Virus record (IMG/VR): IMGVR_UViG_3300028591_000081
Location: 32,001 to 96,000 of that record
Reading direction: 5' to 3' (one strand)
DNA from: a virus
Taxonomy: Duplodnaviria > Caudoviricetes
Length of the DNA stretch: 64,000 nucleotides
Both the position numbers and the translations under genes were made by a program. A model generated the notes under the pieces. It was not told the DNA's origin and did no database searches. It saw only the letters and a list, made by a program, of their open reading frames with translations. Shown here piece after piece: positions 48,518-57,000 of the stretch. The stretch's first letter is position 1. Every line of letters starts with the position of its first letter.

Positions 48518-48738
48518 GGGTTCTTGTTCTTGTTGTCTTCCTCAGTTGTTTCATTCTTGGATGTTCAACGACAAAGGTGTCTCAGAAAAAAGCCACGCGC
48601 CTTGCTATCGGGCACTGTGGTTGCTCTGATATTAAGTGCCTATCTCAGGACATGGTTCGATTTGATCTTCCCAAGCTCGACAAAGAGGTATTTCGAGACA
48701 TGTGTACCGGCCAGAACAAGGGAGGGAATGATGAGTAA
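48514..48738 (+). CDS. small lipoprotein
   Basis: MRVLVLVVFLSCFILGC lipobox; AGGAGG RBS. Confidence 0.6.
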   Translation: MRVLVLVVFLSCFILGCSTTKVSQKKATRLAIGHCGCSDIKCLSQDMVRFDLPKLDKEVFRDMCTGQNKGGNDE

Positions 48739-48850
48739 ATGGACTATACTTGCGGTAGCGGCCTTGTCGGTATCCGCCGGAATCTTTCTTCTTTGTTCCG
48801 TATCCTCTCTGATACGAGACCTTGAAGATGCTTTCAGTTACGAAGACTAA
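48731..48850 (+). CDS. small membrane peptide
   Basis: MSKWTILAVAALSVSAGIFLLC.., GGAGGG RBS. Confidence 0.45.
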   Translation: MSKWTILAVAALSVSAGIFLLCSVSSLIRDLEDAFSYED

Positions 48851-48879
48851 AAAGAAAGGGCACCATAGAGTGCCCTTTT

Positions 48880-49266
48880 CTATTTCTCGGTATCCGTCGT
48901 TTGTTCCGGCAGGATTTCATTATCTCCTGCTTCGGTCTTAACACTGTTCACATAGGTGATGACTGACTGCATTCGTGCAGAACATACCGCGTAGTTGGTG
49001 GACAGGTCTATGAGTGACATGAGGAGTTCACCATTGGTTTGAATCGTGAATGGTTTCTGCTCAGGGCAGGGCGTGAGCAGACTGTCTGACGGGTACACAT
49101 ACTTGGTCTGTACCACTGTGACCACTTCAGTTTTTGTTTCCACGGTCTTGCAGGCAGAGAACGTCATCGACATTGCCATTAAGACCGAGAAGATCATTGA
49201 GTAATGATTCAGGAATCTTCTGATCGAACCAGCTAAGGGCTTCTTCGTCATTCTTGATGGTTTCAT
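48880..49266 (-). CDS. o-spanin (Rz1-like lipoprotein)
   Basis: Lipobox TFSAC, YPSDSLLTPCP, ..C..RM; overlaps the upstream gene in another frame; exact start uncertain. Confidence 0.75.
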   Translation of the reverse strand: MKPSRMTKKPLAGSIRRFLNHYSMIFSVLMAMSMTFSACKTVETKTEVVTVVQTKYVYPSDSLLTPCPEQKPFTIQTNGELLMSLIDLSTNYAVCSARMQSVITYVNSVKTEAGDNEILPEQTTDTEK

Positions 49267-49603
49267 ATACCTTCTCCGTCACTTCTTTCCCGGTCTCTAT
49301 GGCCGTGGTCTCAGCTTCCTGTCTTTGCGATAGGGCTTGGAGTTCCGCATCTCTGGAGATGATAACGGCTTTTTGGTGGTCTATTTCGGACTGAAGTCCA
49401 GCGATCCGCTTCTTCATGTCCTCGACTTCTTGCGTCTTGAAACTCACCTCGTCCTTCAGCTCGTTTATCTGCTTCAGACGTTCGTTGTCTTTCTCAGTGT
49501 ACTGGCAAGACTTCACGGCAACCGTCATCCCAAGGAAGAGGATGATGGCCACTAATGACCCAGAAATCAGTTTCCATGTTGTACTGGATAGCGCGTCGAA
49601 CAT
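49127..49603 (-). CDS. i-spanin (Rz-like)
   Basis: Single N-terminal TM, long coiled coil, W....IP near the end; overlapped with o-spanin. Confidence 0.75.
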   Translation of the reverse strand: MFDALSSTTWKLISGSLVAIILFLGMTVAVKSCQYTEKDNERLKQINELKDEVSFKTQEVEDMKKRIAGLQSEIDHQKAVIISRDAELQALSQRQEAETTAIETGKEVTEKVYETIKNDEEALSWFDQKIPESLLNDLLGLNGNVDDVLCLQDRGNKN

Positions 49604-49661
49604 AGCAAACACTCCGTCACCCCAAAGATTTGTGTAAGGTTCGATAGTGGTACGAAGGCTA

Positions 49662-49701
49662 TGGTGCTGTTTGCTTAGAACGATACTTTTTGGGGTATTA
49701 T
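49662..49701 (+). promoter_or_regulatory. phage TGGTGCTG-N23-GGG-TATTAT promoter
   Basis: Motif copy upstream of the HNH gene. Confidence 0.65.
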
Positions 49702-49742
49702 CTCTTTTGGGGGTTTTTACTTTGTTTGGGAGGAAATCGGTT

Positions 49743-50756
49743 ATGTTTGTTAAGATGTCATTAGGTTCTGAGTATCGCGTAGAAGGTTGGGACAAATTCC
49801 CAGATAAGAGACTAGCTAAGGAGCTAAAACAATGGATGAACCGATGTCCCGTACAACTTCGCGAGGTGGATTATGATCTCCGTGAGGATGTCCATTTTAT
49901 GATCGAATCTTATTTCAGAAGATATGCTATAAAGACCTCCATTTCTGATCTGGAGCGATATTCTTTTTCTTATGATCTGGTACCTGTTCCTGAGTTGTCA
50001 ATGATATTTGAATCAGGAAATTGTGGTCAAGACGATAACCCTACCGTAGAAGAGGAATGTTATCGTACTTTTGACTTCAAAGGGGTATGCGGTAATCACC
50101 ACTCTCCGGTTCGGATGTGTGAGCCTGTTCTTATTCAGGCACTCCTAGAAGCTGAGATCGAAGTTTATTATGACACACAGTCGGGTATTTTTACGACTCC
50201 GTATTTGATTGCTTCAAAGCCGATCTGCGGCATAGGAATTACTCCTATGGAGAGATATGGAAGACCTTTGCTGTCTGTCAAACATTCCAAACCTGCCCTC
50301 AAGCTGTTCGAGGATGCTTGTTTGAATGGTACTTTTCAAACTTTGGACGAGGTGATGGTACACATGCCAAGACCCTTCAGTCATTTTTTAGTTGATGAAA
50401 ATTTCCCATGGTTTGGAGATATGGATGATGTGGAAAAGGTCATTCCTTCATGGGGTTCAATGGTATCGGAGTCTGATAAAATGATTCTTCGAAAACTGTT
50501 TGGACAGACAACAAAATGCTCCGCCTTCTCAAAAGTTCGTTCGGATACAAGGGCGTTCCCCACCGCTTTCAAAATGTCTTTGTGGGCGTCAGAGAGAGAT
50601 CATTTGTGCGGTATTTGTGGGAAACCCATCCTCTCTTTTGAAGATTGTGAAGTAGACCATATAATCCCTTATAGTAAAGGAGGTACCACCACGCCTGATA
50701 ACGCCCAACTCACGCATCGAAACTGTAATCGTAAAAAGCGAGACAAGATTCTCTAG
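49743..50756 (+). CDS. HNH endonuclease (C-terminal domain)
   Basis: CGICG...EVDHIIPYSKGG.T...NAQLTHRNCNRKK. Confidence 0.88.
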   Translation: MFVKMSLGSEYRVEGWDKFPDKRLAKELKQWMNRCPVQLREVDYDLREDVHFMIESYFRRYAIKTSISDLERYSFSYDLVPVPELSMIFESGNCGQDDNPTVEEECYRTFDFKGVCGNHHSPVRMCEPVLIQALLEAEIEVYYDTQSGIFTTPYLIASKPICGIGITPMERYGRPLLSVKHSKPALKLFEDACLNGTFQTLDEVMVHMPRPFSHFLVDENFPWFGDMDDVEKVIPSWGSMVSESDKMILRKLFGQTTKCSAFSKVRSDTRAFPTAFKMSLWASERDHLCGICGKPILSFEDCEVDHIIPYSKGGTTTPDNAQLTHRNCNRKKRDKIL

Positions 50757-51556
50757 GAATCGGATTTTTCGTAGGCATCCAGCATGGTGGAGATGAGGCG
50801 GCGATACCCTTCGTTGTGGGCTTTCATCCCACCGAAACCGTGGTTCCTAACACCGGAGTATATCCCAAGGTACTTCATGTCTTCGTCAGTCACAGAAATC
50901 CCATGTTTCTTTAAGACCTCTTTCAATCCTGCCAGATCTGTTTTGCTCGGATTCAGCATGGCCAGCAGGGCGCGTTGCGGTGTCCATCCTGCTCGGCGTA
51001 TTAGCATGTATGCCATGAAGGCACCACTCCTGTCTCCGCCATGATCACAGTGAATGAAGATCTCATCAGGCGAGTATGGAAGCAGACTGTCGTAAAATGA
51101 CGTGTCTTGAGGGAATCGACTGCCGATGGGTAGAAGGATATGTTCGATTCCCTGTTCGGCAATAGCATGTTTCACAGATTCCCATGACGTTTTTGTGTAG
51201 GTGACGGTCAGGATCACTCGAATCCCGTGCTGTCTCATCGGTACTATGTTTGACACTTCAGGGAGTGCGCCTATCCAGAAACCTTCCTTTGTATGCCTAG
51301 TGTTCTTCGGCATCCCTTCCTTCACTCCGTAGACTCCTTGTTCTTTTGGGTACGGGTCGTCAGGCGTACTTTCAGAATCTTCTAACGGACTCACCAAATC
51401 CTCTGGAATTGTGTTGCTGTCACTGCTGAGCGACGCAAAGTACGTCCAGTCGGCAGGCACTCTGGTACGGGGCGGTTCTGCACTAGCAGAAATTGAGGCT
51501 AGAAGGGTAACGATAAAGACACACGTGTATGTGGTAAATTTCAAACCAGTTCGCAT
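50753..51556 (-). CDS. Cys-based (CX5R) tyrosine/dual-specificity phosphatase with signal peptide
   Basis: IFIHCDHGGDRSG; N-terminal signal ending ASA|E. Confidence 0.8.
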   Translation of the reverse strand: MRTGLKFTTYTCVFIVTLLASISASAEPPRTRVPADWTYFASLSSDSNTIPEDLVSPLEDSESTPDDPYPKEQGVYGVKEGMPKNTRHTKEGFWIGALPEVSNIVPMRQHGIRVILTVTYTKTSWESVKHAIAEQGIEHILLPIGSRFPQDTSFYDSLLPYSPDEIFIHCDHGGDRSGAFMAYMLIRRAGWTPQRALLAMLNPSKTDLAGLKEVLKKHGISVTDEDMKYLGIYSGVRNHGFGGMKAHNEGYRRLISTMLDAYEKSDS

Positions 51557-51782
51557 ATCGGAACTCCGTGTAATTGATATCTGCTACACTGTCCGGGTAT
51601 GGGCGGTACCACACTAAACGAAAAGGGTACATGCCATATCCTAAGACAGAGGTTTCGATACGACTTGAACACAGTGTTTTGGCGTTGGTACTATCACACT
51701 TTTTGTGTTAGGTTGTTACGCGTCTTGTTCAGTAGGGTTCAGGGCGTTCATTTCTATTCTCAACAACATAGGGGCGAAATTT

Positions 51783-52577
51783 ATGGCAGTTGAAGAGCGT
51801 TTGTTGTTGCCCACCAGAGGCATCGTGTATCCTGAGATGCAGAATCAGGAGTATGTTACTGTCACACCTTACAAGGCCAAAGCCTTTCGTGATTTTGTGC
51901 AAAGTGGTTCAGGTGAAGCGGCATTGTCCAAACTGCTGGACTCCTGTTTGGTAAACTGTCCGCTCAATGCTTCAGAGCTACACCCAATGGATTACTCTGC
52001 GCTGATGTTCAAAGTGCGAGCCATGACGCTTGGTGCTAAGATTCCGATGTCTGTGGTATGCCCGTTTTGCTCAGAACGTCAGGATATTGATTGGGATCTC
52101 ACAAATATGAATGTCCGGTACTTTGCACCCTCTCAGTACCCGTTCGTGGTAGAGTTGCCGGAATCGAAGGAGACCGTTTCGGTTCGCATCGTTACACCAA
52201 AGATGCAGAACGAGGCGAGAGACATGGCTCTTGAACGGGTTAGAAAATTGGGCGTCGATTCCCAGTCCACCATCGCCGCTTTCACATACGTTTGCAATCT
52301 TTCCAAAGCGGGTCTTGATCTCATTGGTATGGTTTCGTGGTACGACAATCTTCCTATCCGAGATGCTGTGTACCTTACTCATGTGAATGAAAAGATCAAT
52401 GATTTCGGAATTGATGTTGTTCAGTCGTTCCCATGCAAATCGTGCAAACGAAACTTTAGTGTGACGCTGAGGACAGATGAGAGCTTTTTTCTGCCCAACG
52501 TCGGAGACTTTGGAGGGGTTGAAACAAAGACAGGAACTCTTGAAAGGGGTCTTGAAGCTCCAAGTGATGTTAAGTAA
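51783..52577 (+). CDS. T4 gp26-like baseplate hub assembly protein
   Basis: LPTRG..Y, D...L...R..TLG, CPFC, LPES...V, C..C, ends near SFF. Confidence 0.75.
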   Translation: MAVEERLLLPTRGIVYPEMQNQEYVTVTPYKAKAFRDFVQSGSGEAALSKLLDSCLVNCPLNASELHPMDYSALMFKVRAMTLGAKIPMSVVCPFCSERQDIDWDLTNMNVRYFAPSQYPFVVELPESKETVSVRIVTPKMQNEARDMALERVRKLGVDSQSTIAAFTYVCNLSKAGLDLIGMVSWYDNLPIRDAVYLTHVNEKINDFGIDVVQSFPCKSCKRNFSVTLRTDESFFLPNVGDFGGVETKTGTLERGLEAPSDVK

Positions 52578-52761
52578 GTATGCTCATATCGGATTCGAGG
52601 TTACAGACAACATGACCATGTTCGAGCTGGACTCTGTCACCATGATCCTAAATGAACACTTCGAGGAAATGAAGAAGCAGATGGATCAGGCGAAGGATAA
52701 CCGGGAGCATAATACCCGGACGGTGAGTGTGAATGACTTGGACCTAGATGCACTTGGGTAA
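52477..52761 (+). CDS. gp51-like baseplate assembly partner (overlaps gp26-like gene in the +1 frame)
   Basis: Q..L..Y.HI......M...E......L pattern; position after the gp26-like gene. Confidence 0.55.
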   Translation: MRAFFCPTSETLEGLKQRQELLKGVLKLQVMLSKYAHIGFEVTDNMTMFELDSVTMILNEHFEEMKKQMDQAKDNREHNTRTVSVNDLDLDALG

Positions 52762-52767
52762 TGACAC

Positions 52768-53430
52768 ATGCAAATCCGCATACATATAAAGTCAACCAGT
52801 GATGTGCTGGCAAACCACACCTGTCAGGATGATGGGGTGTATCTTCTCACGGTATCTTTTTGGCTTTGGCTGAAGTCCATATTCTGTGGTCTTGATTTGA
52901 CTTTGAATGCTCTGACTTTTGCAATACCAAAACCAGAGGAGTCTGCTGGCAATGAATTGAACACCCAGTCTTCTCCAGTAAATCACGGCTCCACTAGGTC
53001 TGAGAAAGTTACTGGGGAAGACACCTCCGGTATGCCCAAGAAGTCTAAGAAAAGTCCGAAAGGTAAGCGAAAGGCTAAGAGTGAAAAACTACCCACGCCG
53101 ACAGAGGAGGAAATTTTTGGCGTGCAGTGGGATGATTACACCGTGGTTTATCCTTCTCGGCAGTCCTTGGATTCTTCGAAATCTCTCAAGGAATTTTCCA
53201 CTTATAAGTCTAGGACAGACTCTCCGAGCGATCCTGTAATGCCTACGAAGGTCGTTTCCAAATCGTCGAGTGAGACTGAAACCACGTTGGGTACTTACAA
53301 TCCCTCTGAAGCGGTTCCTGTTTTGGACAAGCCAGAGCCTATCGACTTCAAAAACCCGCCACATTCTGCTAGATGGAAGGCCAGAAACCTTCCACCAAGA
53401 AAACCATACATTCCATCAGTAAATGATTAG
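52768..53430 (+). CDS. hypothetical low-complexity protein
   Basis: 220 aa Ser/Lys/Pro-rich ORF. Confidence 0.55.
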   Translation: MQIRIHIKSTSDVLANHTCQDDGVYLLTVSFWLWLKSIFCGLDLTLNALTFAIPKPEESAGNELNTQSSPVNHGSTRSEKVTGEDTSGMPKKSKKSPKGKRKAKSEKLPTPTEEEIFGVQWDDYTVVYPSRQSLDSSKSLKEFSTYKSRTDSPSDPVMPTKVVSKSSSETETTLGTYNPSEAVPVLDKPEPIDFKNPPHSARWKARNLPPRKPYIPSVND

Positions 53431-53444
53431 GGAGATGATTCAGT

Positions 53445-53996
53445 ATGCTTGAGTTTTACTATGGTACAGTCAATAGTGCGAAGACACTGACGATGCTTGC
53501 TAAGGCCCATGCTTGGAAAAGTACAGGTAAGAAAGTGTGTATCGTCAAGCCAGCTATGGATACACGTAGTGAAGGGGTATCCTCTCGCGTTGGTCTTTCA
53601 TGCGATGCAGACATTGTTCTGAAAGCGTCAGAAAGTCTCTGCGACTATGCAGAGACTTTCAATGCCTCGGATGTGGTTCTGGTGGATGAAGTGCAATTCT
53701 TGACCAGATCGCAGATACTGGACTTGAGAAAATTGACCGTGGGTTTACTGGACAAGACAACGAAGGCCGTCCCTGTGCAATGTTATGGTCTTCGGACTTT
53801 GTCTGACGGAACCTTGTGGGACAGCATCTCGGTTCTTATGGCACAGGCTGATGATATGCATGAGGTCAGCACGGTGTGCGCCTATTGCTCTGATCGTGCA
53901 GTGTTTTCGAAGTCTGTGTCTCAGGGCGAGGCAGGTGTCAGTCTGTCGTGGGACGGATTCATCCCAGTTTGTGCGTATCATTTCCTACACGACTGA
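53445..53996 (+). CDS. tdk: thymidine kinase
   Basis: YGTVNSAKT, KP..DTR, SRVG, VDEVQFL, YGLR, CxxC...C..H. Confidence 0.9.
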   Translation: MLEFYYGTVNSAKTLTMLAKAHAWKSTGKKVCIVKPAMDTRSEGVSSRVGLSCDADIVLKASESLCDYAETFNASDVVLVDEVQFLTRSQILDLRKLTVGLLDKTTKAVPVQCYGLRTLSDGTLWDSISVLMAQADDMHEVSTVCAYCSDRAVFSKSVSQGEAGVSLSWDGFIPVCAYHFLHD

Positions 53997-54010
53997 TATG
54001 ATCTGGTTTG

Positions 54011-54050
54011 TGGTGCTGACAACACATCTTTGAAATCTCTGTGGTATGAT
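54011..54050 (+). promoter_or_regulatory. phage TGGTGCTG-N23-TGG-TATGAT promoter
   Basis: Motif copy upstream of the DNA polymerase. Confidence 0.78.
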
Positions 54051-54097
54051 GAAACGTCTCGAAATGTCTTCGAGACGTTTTTTCGTATGAGGTGTGT

Positions 54098-57000
54098 ATG
54101 TCCATTGACTCGTCAAGCAAAGCCGCTCTCCATAAGGGTTACAAACACTGGTGTCCTGAAGTAGAACCAAGAGAGGACTGGGATAAGGATTTCAACTTTG
54201 TTCTGATTCGCAGTATTGAGGAATTGAAGAAACTGGATGTGGAACATAAATTCGTGGCATGGGATACGGAAACTTCTGGCCTGAATCCTGACATCGACTG
54301 GCTGGTTGGGTTCTCCTTCTCTTTCGACGGATTGACTGGATACTATGTCCCTGTGAAACACGACGACATCGCCCTCGGGAAAGAGGCTCTGGACATCTTT
54401 TACTCAATCCTTAGTAAAGCCGGAACACAGTTCCTATACAACTGCCGTTTTGATCAAAGATTCTTCGAGGCCGCTGGATATTCGTTGGAAGGGTTGCGTT
54501 ATTATGACGTGATGAACGCAATATGGCTGGCCGATACCAACGTGCTTATGCCTAGCTTGAAAGCCTCTGAGCGGCGATTTTTGGGATGGATTCCAAAGAC
54601 TTTTTCAGAGACTTTAGGAGAGGCTACAACGTTTCAGCATGTTCCGGCTGAGGATGCTTATAAATATGCTTGTACAGACGCGTTGGGCACGTATCATCTC
54701 GCCTTGATTTCAAACCAGTTTTACAAGGAGAGTTATCCGGCCAGCAAGTATGACAATGACGCTCTGTACCCAATGATGCGCTTGGAGAACACTCCGCAAC
54801 GTTTGGATTTGGAGTATCTGAAATCTCTTTGCTCTTCAGTAGAGACCCGTATTGAGGAGAGTCTCCAACAGGTGTATCAGTTGGCCGGGTGTACATTCAA
54901 CGTCAATTCTCCGGCACAGTTCGGTAAAATCATGTTGGAACGCTTCGGAGTCGATACTGGAGTCCGTACACCTACTGGGGCCATGAAAGCTGATTTGAAG
55001 ACCCTTGAAGCATGGCTGGTAAAGCACGGCTCCAAGGTGAGTCCTGAGGTAAAAGACTTCCTGTCTGCATACAAGGAATACAAAAAGACCGTCAAATTCA
55101 AGTCCAGCTATTTGGACAAGTATATCAAGGCCGCAGAAGATTCTGAGACATTCCCAATCCGTTTCAGCTACAAGTTCCAGTCGGTTCCGTGTCTTACGGA
55201 AAACAACACAGTTCTCACGAAATCTCGCGGATTTGTGTCGATTAAAGATGTGCAGTCTGAGGACATGATTTGGACATCGTGGGGATATAAGCGAGTGCTG
55301 TGGAACCATTCCCATGAAGTTGACGAGTTCTATCGAGTTACCCTGAAGAACGGGATGACCTTGGAAGGCACTGGGCACCATCCTGTACTTGTTCGCAAAT
55401 CACCACTTGAAAAAGTGGCATACTCTGGAATGACCAAGGATGATGTCGAGTGGGCAGGTATTCAGGATCTGAAACCTGACGAACCCGTTGTGATCAATCA
55501 CGTTCATGCTTCCCTCTCTTGCTCAGATCCTTGGAAATCTTCACTGGCCCGTATCATGGGGTACTTTTATGGTAAAGGAAAAATGACCGATGGGGTGTTG
55601 ATGTCCCTGTGCTTCGACAATCCGGACTTGGCCTCTCATTATGCTGGATGGATGAAATCTTTGTTTGGAGACAAGAAAGTTTCTCAATATGACGTAGACA
55701 AAGGGAAGGTTGAGTACTCCATCACAAGACAAACTTTGGCAAAGTTCCTTGCAGAACATGAGGTGATTCCTACGGTCGAGGAAGATCGTCTTGGGAATCT
55801 GAAGGTGAAGCCTGTGTCTACATATACAAAGGTGGCGGACAGACTTTCACGAATGCCTGACACCTTCCGTCATTTCCTTGCTGGGTATCTGGATTCTGCA
55901 AAGACTTCTGCCCGGGAACTTGGGTATAAAGAGATTCCTGAGGACTGGGACGATGGTATTACAACAGATCGGGTGGTTTTCGTCATTCCATCTGCATGTA
56001 AGGATGTCATTATCCCGATGTTTTGGGCCAGTGCTATTGGCTGTAAAGTGACAGATCATACCTTCAAGACTTGGTTTGGGGAAGGTAAAGTGACAAGAGT
56101 GGAGGTGTCTGACCCTTGCTCACTGTCGAATCTTTTGAGTTTGTGGAATAACCTAGATGTAGGGTTGGCTCGTTTCTCTTGTGTGGAACTTCCAAACACA
56201 TTCCGTTTGTACACTGAATCTATGGTGCAGTCGGTGGAGCGCGTATCTGCCAAGAACACGGTGTATGATATCGAGGTTGAAGACGTGCATGAGTATGTCG
56301 CCGGTGGTATCGTTACACACAACACGGGCCGCCTTAGTTGCGGTGGTGACAAGAAGAATTCCTTTTTCACGCAGAATAACGTACAATGCCTTGAAGAGGA
56401 TACGTCGGTTATCACATCAGAAGGAATAAAGCCTATAAAGCAGGTAAATACTGGTGATTTGGTTTGGACAGGCTCTGAATTTGCCCCATGCCAACAGCTA
56501 GGTTCAAAGACATGCAGTGTGTTGAAAATTTCCACTGATTGCGGGGAGGTGGTGTGTTCAGCAGAACATTTAGTCCTTGCGTCCGACTCTCGTCACGGGA
56601 CTGGAGAATTTCGCCATGCTGGAGAATTGAAGGTGGGACAGTTTATGAAGCGTGCGGGGTTTGAGGGAGAAAGACGAAAAAGTAACGTTCGAAATAAGTC
56701 TGAGTTTCGTTTGGATGACGATGGGTACTCACCCTCAAGGATTGAGCGCATCGAAAGGGTTGGAGAGGCAGTCTGTTACGATCTATTCGTTCCAAAGTTT
56801 GAGAGATTTGTAGCCAACGGATTCATTGTCCATAACAGCACGCCAAAGCCGCACAGCTTGATGGTGAAGGGGCGTAAAGCCACACAGGAAGAAATCGACC
56901 AAGGCAAGGACCTTCTTGGATGGTACCTCTCAAACGATATACCGGACGACGAGGCGGTAGGGTTGGTGGAAGGTATGGATCCTGACCATTTCAATTTGCG

